Made by a program: the position numbers and the translations under genes. The notes under the pieces are model-generated. The model ran no database searches. It was not told where the DNA came from and saw only the letters and a list, made by a program, of their open reading frames with translations. Shown one piece after another: positions 22,108-31,337 of a stretch of DNA of 64,000 nt. The number at the start of each line of letters is the position of its first letter. Position 1 is the first letter of the stretch. This stretch comes from Planctomycetota bacterium (GTDB lineage Bacteria > Planctomycetota > B15-G4 > SIAN01), in NCBI GenBank assembly GCA_031409275.1, contig JANNXA010000014.1:256001-320000 (forward strand), in the 5' to 3' direction.

Positions 22108-22857
22108 ATGAAGGTCACCGTCTGCGTCAAGCGCGTGCCGAGCACGACCGCGCGCATCAAGGTCGCGGCCGACGGCAAGTCGATCGACGAGGCTGGCGTC
22201 GAGTACGTGCTGAATCCCTACGACGAGTTCGCGGTCGAGGAGGGGTTGCGCCAGGTCGAGAAGGCGGGCGGTGAAGTCACCGTCATCGCCTACGGGCCGG
22301 AGGCGGTCACCAAGGAACTGCGCAACACGCTGGCAATGGGCGCCCATGCCGCGATCCACGTCACCGCGGACGCCACGCCGCGCGACGCGCTCGCCACCGC
22401 GAAGGTCCTGGCGGCGGCGATCGCCCCGACCGCGCCCGACCTCGTCCTCTTTGGTCGCCAGGCGATCGACGGCGACCAGGGGCAAGTGGGCCTGATGGTC
22501 GCGACGTTGCTGGGCTTCGCGGCGTTGCCCGACGTGGTCAAGCTCGAGATCACCGGCGCCAGCGCGAAGGCGTCGCGCGAAGTCGAAGGCGCGATCGAGA
22601 GCAGCTCGTTGCCGCTGCCGTGCGTGATCACGACGCACAAGGGGCTGAACGAGCCGCGCCTGCCCAACATGAAGGGGATCATGGCGGCGAAGAAGAAGAC
22701 GATCACGCCGCAAAGCGCCACGCCGACCCCTGCGACCAGCAGCGTGCAATCGCTCGAACTGCCGCCCGAACGGGCCGCCGGGAAGATCGTGGGCGAAGGC
22801 GCCGCGGCGGTGCCGGCGCTACTGAAGGCGCTGCGCGACGAAGCGCACGCGCTCTGA
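22108..22857 (+). CDS. etfB: electron transfer flavoprotein subunit beta
   Basis: VCVKRVP, NPYDEFAVEE, LAMGA, GRQAIDGD.GQVG, NEPRLP. Confidence 0.95.
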   Translation: MKVTVCVKRVPSTTARIKVAADGKSIDEAGVEYVLNPYDEFAVEEGLRQVEKAGGEVTVIAYGPEAVTKELRNTLAMGAHAAIHVTADATPRDALATAKVLAAAIAPTAPDLVLFGRQAIDGDQGQVGLMVATLLGFAALPDVVKLEITGASAKASREVEGAIESSSLPLPCVITTHKGLNEPRLPNMKGIMAAKKKTITPQSATPTPATSSVQSLELPPERAAGKIVGEGAAAVPALLKALRDEAHAL

Positions 22858-22900
22858 GCGGCCGCGCCTTTCCCTACTGACTCGCCACGAGGAACGCCCC

Positions 22901-23884
22901 ATGTCATGCATCATCGCGATCGCTGAACAGACCGACGGCAAGCTGAAGAAGGTCGCCGGCGAGGTCGCCTCGGAGGCGCTGCGCCTCGGCAAGAGCGCGG
23001 GGCTGCCCGTCGTCGGCCTCACGATCGGCGCGGGCGCGGCGACCGCCGCCGCGCAACTCGGGGCCTTCGGCATCGCCGCTGCCGTCGCCCTCGACGGCCC
23101 CACGCTCGCCCCCTACTCGGGTGAGGCGTTCGCTGCTGCGATCGCCGCCGCCGTGAAGACGCGCGGCGCGAAGCTGGTCCTGCTGGGCGCGACGAGCTTC
23201 GCGCGCGACCTGCTCGGGCGACTCGGGGCGCTGCTCGATTCGAGCCCCGCCGCCGATTGCGTCGCGATCACCGCGAATGGCGCCAGCTTCACAGCGCGCC
23301 GCCCCGTCTTCGCCGGCAAGGCACTGCAGACGGTTGCGTTCGCGGCGAGCCCGGCGATCGCGAGTCTTCGCCCGAACGTCTTCGCCGTGACCGCGGTCAC
23401 TGGCACGACGACGAAGGTCGAGACGCTCGCCCCCGCCGCACCGCCTGCCCACTGCGGTCGCCTCGTCGAACGCGTCGCCACGGGCGGTGGCCGCGTCGAG
23501 CTCTCCGAGGCGGAGTGCATCGTCGCTGGCGGCCGCGGCCTGAAGACCCCGGAGACCTTCGCCAAGCTGATCGAGCCGCTCGCCGCCGCGCTTGGTGCCG
23601 CCGTCGGCGCCTCGCGCGCCGTGGTCGATGCCGGTTGGCGCCCCCACGGCGAACAGGTCGGCCAGACCGGCAAGACGGTCGCTCCGAAGCTCTACTTCGC
23701 GTGCGGAATCTCCGGCGCGATCCAACACCTCGCCGGCATGCGCACCTCGAAGACGATCGTCGCCATCAACAAGGACAAGGAAGCGCCGATCTTCAAGGTC
23801 GCCGACTACGGCATCGTCGGCGACGTCGAAGAGGTGCTGCCGGCGCTGACCGAAGCGGTGAAGAAGCTGAAGTCGGGCGGCTGA
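22901..23884 (+). CDS. etfA: electron transfer flavoprotein subunit alpha
   Basis: [40 protein letters not shown]. Confidence 0.96.
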   Translation: MSCIIAIAEQTDGKLKKVAGEVASEALRLGKSAGLPVVGLTIGAGAATAAAQLGAFGIAAAVALDGPTLAPYSGEAFAAAIAAAVKTRGAKLVLLGATSFARDLLGRLGALLDSSPAADCVAITANGASFTARRPVFAGKALQTVAFAASPAIASLRPNVFAVTAVTGTTTKVETLAPAAPPAHCGRLVERVATGGGRVELSEAECIVAGGRGLKTPETFAKLIEPLAAALGAAVGASRAVVDAGWRPHGEQVGQTGKTVAPKLYFACGISGAIQHLAGMRTSKTIVAINKDKEAPIFKVADYGIVGDVEEVLPALTEAVKKLKSGG

Positions 23885-23914
23885 GCGCGGGGCGGCCGAG
23901 CGCCTCCCCTCCAT

Positions 23915-24250
23915 TCACCCCCGCGGCCGCCATGCGCACTCGCGCAGCACCACTCGATGGCGGGCGCTGAAGGGCACTCCTTCGTGGCGCAGCAGCTCGC
24001 GCTGGATCCGGGCGCCGAGGCCTTCGTCCCGATCGGGGATGGAGCCATCGCCGGAGACGACACGGTGCCACGGGATCGCCCGCTCGTCGGGTAGCGCGCG
24101 TAGCGCTGCACCGACGTGGCGAGCGTGGCGCGGCAGGCCGGCGAGCGCCGCGATCTGCCCGTAGCTCGCGACGCGCCCGCGCGGGATGCGGGCGATGACG
24201 GCGTAGAAGCGCTCGGCGCGAGCGAGCGCGTCGGCGATCGGACGACTCAT
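23915..24250 (-). CDS. alkyltransferase-like (ATL/MGMT family) DNA-binding protein
   Basis: IPRGRVASYGQIA, ARHVG, PWHRVV (Trp in place of the catalytic Cys). Confidence 0.92.
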   Translation of the reverse strand: MSRPIADALARAERFYAVIARIPRGRVASYGQIAALAGLPRHARHVGAALRALPDERAIPWHRVVSGDGSIPDRDEGLGARIQRELLRHEGVPFSARHRVVLRECAWRPRG

Positions 24251-25794
24251 CCGCCGCTCAACTCCACGGCATCGAGCACCGCGACCTGGCAGGCGCGCAG
24301 GTCGGGCAACACGTAGGCGAAGTCGTCCGCCTGCAGGCGAACGCTGACGAAGGTCTGCGTCGCGAGTTCCGTCGGCAGCGAGAAGGTGCCCGAGAACGGT
24401 GCCGTCCCCTTCGGTTGCATCGTGCCGACCTTGGTGGCGTCGACGTAGACGTCGATCGTCACTCCATCGATCTCGGCACGGCCGAGCCCTCGACCGCTCA
24501 CCTTCAAGGTCGTGCGCCCTTCGCAGCGCAGGATCATCGACGCATAGGCCGAAAGGTAGCCGCCCTTCTGGACGCCGCCGTGGACCTGCGCGGCCGCGTC
24601 ATCATCGATCCGCCGGAAGTCGAGCGCGGGCGCGATCGTGCGCCGCTCGAGCAGCCCCTTCAGCGTCGCCGGCCGCGTCACCTCGCGCTCCGCTTCGGGG
24701 AGGAGCCGCTCGACGACCGCCTTCGCGGATGCACGCTCGGCGAGCGTCCGCTTCGGCAGCAGCCCGCGCGTGCGGATCACCTCATGGAGGAAGAGCGCGA
24801 CCTGCTCGTGGCCGGCGCGGTTCCAATGGGCGTCGCTCTTGCTGTTGCGGTAGCGCTCGTCCTTGTTGAACGACGAAGGGAACGGCACCGACTGCTCGGG
24901 ACGCAACTCCTTGCCGAGGTGCTGCTGCGCGGTCGCCAGCAAGCCGGAGTAGCTGTTGAAGAGCAGGTACTTCCCGCCCGTCGCCTCGACCGCACGCGCG
25001 AGACGGCCGACCTCGTGGCCCGCCTCCTCGAAGCGATGGCGGCTCTCCCAATCGAGGCCGAAGAGGAGCCAGCTGTTCTCTTTGGTCCCAAACGCGAAAC
25101 GGGGCCCCTCGACGTAGAGGAAGGCGTCGGCGCGTTCGGGGAAGCGCGACGACCACATGCCGAGCGCCCCCATGCCGCGCGCCGCCGGGTTGTCGTCGAG
25201 GTCGTTGCGGATCGCGATCTGCACCACGAGGTCGGGCTGCAGCAGCGCGAGCTGGCGGCGCAGGTAGGCGCACTCCGAGTAGACGTTCCACGTGTTCACG
25301 CCGAGGTGGAGGCACTCGATCGGCCCTCCGCCCGGCGCGTCGTCGCGCAGCATCTGCTCGAGGAAGACGCCGACGCGATCCTCGGCCTTCACCCCGTAGC
25401 CCATGACGAAGGAGTCGCCGAGGAAGACGACGCGCGTCGTGCCGGCGGGCTTGGGCAGCGCGAAGCTCTTCTCGCGGAGCCCGAGTTCGTTGCTGTCGAT
25501 GGTGATCGCTTCGAGGGCGCGCGCCTTCAGGTTCGGCTGCAGCAGACGTGCGACCGCGGGATCGGGATGCGCGTCCCACACGCCCTGTCCGCGCGCCACG
25601 AGTTCGGCCAGCGCTTCACGGCGCAGCTGCGGATCGAAGAGCGCCGTGTTCTCGCCGCCGTTCGCGTCACCGCCGCCCGAAGAGCCGCCGGGGCGTAGCA
25701 GCAACCACCCCGCGCAGAGGAGTGCGCCGATCGCGAGGCCGGCGAAGACGAACGCGACCCGCCACGCACGGCGGAGCTGCTGCATCGCTTCCAT
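24247..25794 (-). CDS. membrane-anchored SGNH/GDSL hydrolase family protein
   Basis: N-terminal TM, 'SNELGLRE', 'FLGDSFVMGYGV', 'RNDL', 'DAHWN..GH'. Confidence 0.82.
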   Translation of the reverse strand: MEAMQQLRRAWRVAFVFAGLAIGALLCAGWLLLRPGGSSGGGDANGGENTALFDPQLRREALAELVARGQGVWDAHPDPAVARLLQPNLKARALEAITIDSNELGLREKSFALPKPAGTTRVVFLGDSFVMGYGVKAEDRVGVFLEQMLRDDAPGGGPIECLHLGVNTWNVYSECAYLRRQLALLQPDLVVQIAIRNDLDDNPAARGMGALGMWSSRFPERADAFLYVEGPRFAFGTKENSWLLFGLDWESRHRFEEAGHEVGRLARAVEATGGKYLLFNSYSGLLATAQQHLGKELRPEQSVPFPSSFNKDERYRNSKSDAHWNRAGHEQVALFLHEVIRTRGLLPKRTLAERASAKAVVERLLPEAEREVTRPATLKGLLERRTIAPALDFRRIDDDAAAQVHGGVQKGGYLSAYASMILRCEGRTTLKVSGRGLGRAEIDGVTIDVYVDATKVGTMQPKGTAPFSGTFSLPTELATQTFVSVRLQADDFAYVLPDLRACQVAVLDAVELSGG

Positions 25795-25938
25795 CGGTCG
25801 ATTCTCCGTCGTGCGAGAGCGAGGCGGCCCAGGACGCCGAGACCGCAGCAGGCGACTTTGAAGAGTCGCCGATCAAGGTCGACGAAGTCATGGGTGGCCG
25901 CGGCCAGTCGAACGCCGCGGGCATTCTCTTACGCGCTC

Positions 25939-27627
25939 CTAATGCCGGAAGTGGCGCATGCCGGTGAAGGCCATCGCAACGCCGTGCTCGTCGCAGGCGG
26001 CGATCACTTCCTCGTCACGACGGCTGCCGCCTGGCTGGATCACCGAGGTGACGCCCGCCGCCGCGGCGGCATCGAGGCCGTCGCGGAACGGGAAGAAGGC
26101 GTCTGAGGCGAGCGCCGCGCCCTTGGCGCGCGCCCCGGCCTTCTTCACCGCGATCTCGACCGAGTCGACGCGGCTCATCTGGCCCGCGCCGGCGCCGACG
26201 AGCTGACCGTCCTTCACCAGCACGATCGCGTTGCTGCGCACGTGCTTGACGATGCGCCATGCGACCTGCAAGTCGGCCGTCTCCGCATCGGTGGCGACGC
26301 GCCGACTCTTCCAGGCAAGTTCGAACGGGCGGGCGAGGTCGCGCTCCTGGACCAGCGCGCCGCCGACGATCGAGCGCACGGCGAAGCGCGGCGTCTTGCC
26401 GGCGCGGGGCGCGGTGTCGCCGCACGCCAGCACGCGCAGGTTCTTGCCCCACACGGCGCCGGAGCGCAACGCGGCGAGCGCCTCCGGAGAGACCTCCGGC
26501 GCCACCACCACTTCGAGGAAATGGTCCGGGACGGCGATCTTGCGCGCCAGTTCGACGCCAAGCGGCCGGTTGAGCGCGAGGATCCCGCCGAAGGCGGAGA
26601 GCGGGTCGCCGGCGTAGCACTTCTCGAATGCGGTGAGCGGCGTCGCGCCCGTCGCGCAGCCGCACGGGTTGTTGTGCTTGACGATGACGGCCGCGGGCTG
26701 CGCGAACTCCTTCACCAGCTCGAGCGCGGAGTCGGCGTCGAGGAAGTTGTTGTACGACAGCTCCTTGTGCTCGGTCAGGATGCGCGCGTGCAGGACGCTC
26801 GCTTCGCCGGGATCGCGGCCGCGCAACACGAACCCGCGCTGATGCGGGTTCTCGCCGTAGCGCAACCGACGTGCATCGGCGCCCACGACGACGGTGGCGT
26901 CGGCCGACGCCGCCAGCAACGGTTCGAGCGTCAACGGCAGATCGCCTTGCAGCAGGACCCCGGCATCGATCGGCAACGCCTCCTTGGGCGCCGACTGCGG
27001 CGCGACGAAGGTGTCGAAGAAGGCGCTGATGTCGCGGTCGTACTGCGCGATGATCCGGAACGCCTTGGCGGTCAGCTCGGCGCGCAGCGCCATCGGCGGG
27101 CGCTCGCCATTCGCGGCGGCGGCGACGACACGCGGGTAATCGGCCGGATCGACCACCGTCGTGACGCGCGCACAGTTCTTGCACGCGGCGCGAATCACGG
27201 TCGGACCGCCGATGTCGATCTCCTCGATCACGTGCGCGAGCGCCGCGTCGTCGAGCGGGGCGAGCCCGCCGCCGGACACCTGATAGCGCGCCGCCGCATC
27301 GGCGAAGCGGTAGAGGTTGACGGCCACGACGTCGATCGGCGGGATGGCGTGGGCGGCGAGGTCCGCCTGGTCGCTTGCGAGTTCGGTGCGTGCAAGCACG
27401 CCGGCGAGGAGCTTCGCCTGCAGCGTCTTCACCCGACCGCCGAGCATCTCGGGGAAGCCGGTGAAGTCGCCGACTTCCGTGACCGCGAGACCTGCCGCTC
27501 GCAGCGCCTTCGCCGTTCCACCGGTCGACAGCAGCTCGAAACCGGCGGCGACGAGGCCGCGGCCGAACTCCTCGATCCCCGTCTTGTCCGTCACGCTGAG
27601 CAGCGCGAGTCGCCGAGCCGTCACCAC
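25939..27627 (-). CDS. purH: bifunctional AICAR transformylase / IMP cyclohydrolase
   Basis: ALLSVTDKTG, STGGT, GGRVKTL, IDIGGP, LRYGENPHQ, KHNNPCG, GQMSRVDS, ASDAFFPF, RHFRH. Confidence 0.97.
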   Translation of the reverse strand: MVTARRLALLSVTDKTGIEEFGRGLVAAGFELLSTGGTAKALRAAGLAVTEVGDFTGFPEMLGGRVKTLQAKLLAGVLARTELASDQADLAAHAIPPIDVVAVNLYRFADAAARYQVSGGGLAPLDDAALAHVIEEIDIGGPTVIRAACKNCARVTTVVDPADYPRVVAAAANGERPPMALRAELTAKAFRIIAQYDRDISAFFDTFVAPQSAPKEALPIDAGVLLQGDLPLTLEPLLAASADATVVVGADARRLRYGENPHQRGFVLRGRDPGEASVLHARILTEHKELSYNNFLDADSALELVKEFAQPAAVIVKHNNPCGCATGATPLTAFEKCYAGDPLSAFGGILALNRPLGVELARKIAVPDHFLEVVVAPEVSPEALAALRSGAVWGKNLRVLACGDTAPRAGKTPRFAVRSIVGGALVQERDLARPFELAWKSRRVATDAETADLQVAWRIVKHVRSNAIVLVKDGQLVGAGAGQMSRVDSVEIAVKKAGARAKGAALASDAFFPFRDGLDAAAAAGVTSVIQPGGSRRDEEVIAACDEHGVAMAFTGMRHFRH

Positions 27628-27670
27628 GATCGCTCCCCCTGTCGTGGGCCGCGCGCCGCGCGACCGCCGC

Positions 27671-28820
27671 CTACTTCTTCTCGCTGTCCTTCTTGTTGCT
27701 GTCCTTGCGCTTCGCCCGCAGGTGCGCTTCGAGGAATCCGCCGATGTCGCCGTCCATGACCGCGTCGACGTTGCCCGACTCGAAGCTGGTGCGATGGTCC
27801 TTCACCAGCTGGTAGGGCTGGAAGGTGTAGGTGCGGATCTGGTGGCCGAAGCTGATGTCCGTCTTCACGCCGGAGAGGTGCTTCAGCTCCGCCTCGCGCT
27901 TCTCCTCTTCCCGCTGGACCAGCTTCGCCTTCAGCATCTTCATGCAGGAGGCGAGGTTCATGTGCTGCGACCGTTCGTTCTGGCACTGCGTCACGATGCC
28001 CGTCGGCAGATGGGTGACGCGCACCGCCGACTCGGTCTTGTTGACGTGCTGGCCACCGGCGCCACCGGCTCGGAACTTGTCGATGCGCAGCTGCGATTCG
28101 TCGATCACCAGCTCGACGTCGTCCTCGATCACCGGCGAGGCGTCGACCGAAGCGAACGACGTCTGGCGGCGCGCATTGGCGTCGTACGGCGAGATGCGGA
28201 TCAGGCGGTGCACGCCGTTCTCGGCGCGCAACCAGCCGTAGGCGTAGGGCCCTTCGACCTGCAGGGTGGCCGACCGCAGGCCGCCCGACGCGTCATCGGC
28301 AACCGAGTCGATCTGCTGCACCTTGAAACCGTTCTGCTCGGCGAAGCGGGTGTACATGCGCACCAGCATGCGCGCCCAGTCGCACGACTCGGTGCCGCCC
28401 GTCCCCGCCTGCACCAGCAGGTAGGCGTTCACGTGGTCGTACTTGCCGTCGAAGGTCACTTCGAGGTCGAAACGGTCGACGTCGTGGCGCAACTTCTGGC
28501 CGAGCCGCACGGCGTCGGGCAGCAGTTCCGCCCCGTCCGCCTCGCGCGCAAGCTCGAGCGTGGCGTCGAAGTCGCCGAGTTCCTTGTCGAGTCGCGCGAT
28601 CGGGTCCATGCGACTGCGCAGGATCTTCAGGCGATCGATATCTGGTCGGCTCTTGCTGAGATCGTTCCAGAAACCGGGCGCGGCCATGCGCAGCTCGATC
28701 TCGGAGCGCTCCTTGTCGAGAGCGGGGACGTCAAAGACAGTCGCGGATCGAGCGCAGCTTGGTACGCAGCGCAGCGAGCTCGGCGACGAGGGCTTCAATC
28801 GAAGGCGAACCGTCGGTCAT
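27671..28820 (-). CDS. prfB: peptide chain release factor 2 with programmed +1 frameshift
   Basis: ATG 28820 gives 29 codons ending CTT-TGA-C (28736-28730); the +1 frame continues DVPAL...; GGTESCDW, GVHRLIRISPY, GGQHVN motifs. Confidence 0.95.
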
Positions 28821-28927
28821 GAGTGGCACATTCCCCGAGGAAGGGGCGCCACTCTAGTGTTCGGATCGCGAAGTTCGGGCGAGAAGTCGCAGCCAAGCTT
28901 CGGAGTCACGACATCAGCCCGGAGGGT

Positions 28928-29566
28928 TCACGAGCCCCTGCTCCGGACCTTGGAGGCGTGGGCGAGGATGGCGCGGGCGAGCGCCGTCGGCTCGGGAAGT
29001 CCGCCCTGCCCCACTTCGCCGCAGGCGAGTTCCTTCACCACCGGTTCGAGCATGGCGAGGCGCGATCCGTGGAGCGCAGCGAGTTCGCGTCGATTGCGTC
29101 GCGTCACGGGGTGGTCCCACATCTCGCCGTTCATCGCCGGCGCGATCAGCAACGGCAACGCCTGCGGCAGCGCCAGCAGCGTCGCGCTGGCCAGGTCGTC
29201 GGCGAGACCGGCCCACAGCTTCGCAAGGAAGTTGGCGGTGGCCGGGACGACCGCTGCGACGTCGAGGTCGCGGGCGAGGCGGATGTGGTCGATCGCCCCG
29301 TCGGTGACGCCTGGCAGCAGCTCGACGTGAACGCGGCGCCCCGAGAGCGCTTCGAACGTCAACGGCGTCACGAACTGCGTCGCCTCGCGAGTCAAGATCA
29401 CTTGCACCGTCGCGCCAGTGCGCCGCAGCTCGCGCACGACATCGCATGCTTTGTAGGCCGCGATGCCACCGGTCACCACCAGCAGCACGCGCGTTGCGAC
29501 TTCCGGCGCCAACGGCGGCGGCGAAGACTCGGCAGAGGTCGAGGAGGGGACGCGGTGGCGGCTCAT
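28928..29566 (-). CDS. coaC: phosphopantothenoylcysteine decarboxylase (stand-alone flavoprotein half of CoaBC)
   Basis: VTGGIAAYKA, PATAN.LAK, APAMN, ELACGEVGQG. Confidence 0.9.
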   Translation of the reverse strand: MSRHRVPSSTSAESSPPPLAPEVATRVLLVVTGGIAAYKACDVVRELRRTGATVQVILTREATQFVTPLTFEALSGRRVHVELLPGVTDGAIDHIRLARDLDVAAVVPATANFLAKLWAGLADDLASATLLALPQALPLLIAPAMNGEMWDHPVTRRNRRELAALHGSRLAMLEPVVKELACGEVGQGGLPEPTALARAILAHASKVRSRGS

Positions 29567-30270
29567 CGTGAACTCCTCCGCAAGAGGTTACGCGGCGGCG
29601 GCCCGACCGAACGCAGGGCGCGTTGCGCCGCGATCGCCTCGCAGCGGCGCACCAGGAGCCGCGCCGCCGCGGCACGCGATGGCGCGAGCTCCGTGGCGCC
29701 ATCGCGTGGATCGACCCACCAGCCACGATGCTCGGCGCCCACCTCTTCGAGCAGATTGGCGAAGATGCCGTCGGCGCCGGCGTTGCGCGCGGTCTTGATC
29801 GCCCGCGAGAAGAGTTCCGCCGGCGCGATCTTCGACTCGAGTTTGAAGAGCACGAACGCCGCGCGCGGGTAGCGGCGACGCAGGGCTGGCGCGATCTTCT
29901 TCAGCGGTCGCAGCTCCAGGCGCCAACCGCCTTGGCCGCTCGCGAACTTCCCTCGCAGCGGTCGCGGCGCGTAGTCAGAAACAGCGGCCGCGTGAAGGAT
30001 CGCATCGGGAGCTGGTTGCGCCGCAAGCAGCGCCGTCCGCAGCTGCGCCGAGCTCTCGAACCGGACCACGTCGATGCGCGGTGATCGCGGCGCGACCACG
30101 TGCTGCGCAAGGAAGAGCGTCACCGCATGGCCGCGAGCCGCAGCCGTTCGCGCGAGGCCAAGCGCCATGCGTCCGGTCGAGACGTTGCCGATCCAGCGAA
30201 CGGCGTCGATTGGCTCACGCGTCCCGCCGCCCGTGATCCAGAAACGGAGCGGCGTCGCCAATCGCGTCAC
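29563..30270 (-). CDS. coaB: phosphopantothenate--cysteine ligase (stand-alone CoaB half)
   Basis: ITGGGTREPIDAVRWIGN.STGRM, AAAVSDY, FKLES, AN; GTG start 30270 overlaps the upstream stop. Confidence 0.85.
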   Translation of the reverse strand: MTRLATPLRFWITGGGTREPIDAVRWIGNVSTGRMALGLARTAAARGHAVTLFLAQHVVAPRSPRIDVVRFESSAQLRTALLAAQPAPDAILHAAAVSDYAPRPLRGKFASGQGGWRLELRPLKKIAPALRRRYPRAAFVLFKLESKIAPAELFSRAIKTARNAGADGIFANLLEEVGAEHRGWWVDPRDGATELAPSRAAAARLLVRRCEAIAAQRALRSVGPPPRNLLRRSSR

Positions 30271-31109
30271 TTGGCCGGAGCGAGCACCAGGAAGTCGTCG
30301 ATCGCCCAATCGCTGACGTCGCCCGCGAACTTCGTGATCTCGATCGCACGGACCGGATGGTAGTCGCTGGCGAGCTCGGCGATCACGCTCTCGACTTTGT
30401 TGGTCGCGAGGTCGGTGATCCAGAACTCGAAGTAGTCGACGTCGGCCGAGAGGTTGGCCATCGCCGCTTCCATGAGGTAGCGGCCACCCTTCTTGAGCTG
30501 CGTCTTCAGCGGATGGCCGCTGACGACGAGTTGGCCGTCGGTGACCTCGATCGAGAACATCTCGACCGTGGAGCCGTCCCCCGCGCTTCCGGGCAGGGCG
30601 AACTCGCCGTCGGCACTCTCGTGGAAGCGGATCTTGAAGTGGCCACCGTCCGCCTTCGGCTCGACCGTGAAGGCACCGTAGACGCCGCCCGCGGCCGGAA
30701 CCTCAAGTCCGACGCGATAGCCGATGTCGTTGGTTCCGGCGGTGCCTGCATCCGACAGCACCAACTGCTCGCGCACGACGCCCGAGGCTGGCGCCACGTC
30801 CTTCAGCGACCGTCCGCTCGACGTGAACGTCGTGATCGAGCCGATTTCGGCAGGCTGCGACCGTCCATCGCCGGAACCATCGGCGACGCCGGTGAAGCTC
30901 GCGCGCGCATCCTCGAAGAGATCGAACGCTGCCGAGGCGCTTCCGCCGAGCGGCGAGTTCCCACTCCCCGCCGTGCCAAGTGCCCACAGGATCGTGAGGG
31001 CGCAGACGCCCTTGCGCCAAGCACGGCTCGAGCCGTTGGCGCGACGCCGCCCGAACAAAGTGGATGTTGCGAGCCGAACGAGTCGGGAGATCACCGTCAC
31101 GGGTTGCAC
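30267..31109 (-). CDS. hypothetical secreted beta-rich protein (start uncertain)
   Basis: Hydrophobic signal-like segment, beta-strand-like composition; stop overlaps the coaB start. Confidence 0.65.
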   Translation of the reverse strand: MQPVTVISRLVRLATSTLFGRRRANGSSRAWRKGVCALTILWALGTAGSGNSPLGGSASAAFDLFEDARASFTGVADGSGDGRSQPAEIGSITTFTSSGRSLKDVAPASGVVREQLVLSDAGTAGTNDIGYRVGLEVPAAGGVYGAFTVEPKADGGHFKIRFHESADGEFALPGSAGDGSTVEMFSIEVTDGQLVVSGHPLKTQLKKGGRYLMEAAMANLSADVDYFEFWITDLATNKVESVIAELASDYHPVRAIEITKFAGDVSDWAIDDFLVLAPAK

Positions 31110-31337
31110 CTGGGAGAGAACTGCACCGCTGCTAGCTCATCCGCCCCCGGCGGCAACTCCCCTTCAACGCCGGAGTTGCATCGCTTTCCGAACTCTCGCT
31201 GGGTGCTGGCAGCGCACGATTCCACGGGAGTTCGCGGGGACAATTAGACTCAGAATTCGGGTTTCGTCGATGGCCTCTTTCTCGTCATCTCGCCGACATT
31301 TTCTGGAAGGTTCGGATTCGGATCTTTTCCTGCGCGA

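Noticed and set aside
23915..24250. Inactivated O6-methylguanine methyltransferase
   Set aside because: PWHRV is the normal signature of known alkyltransferase-like proteins
27628..27670. ZMP/ZTP riboswitch ahead of purH
   Set aside because: Gap after prfB is only 43 nt and shows no matching motif
28730..28820. prfB as a pseudogene or starting at 28798
   Set aside because: Canonical CTT-TGA-C programmed frameshift explains the break
31110..31337. Sigma-54 promoter next to the enhancer-binding protein gene
   Set aside because: No convincing TGGCAC-N5-TTGC on either strand by eye
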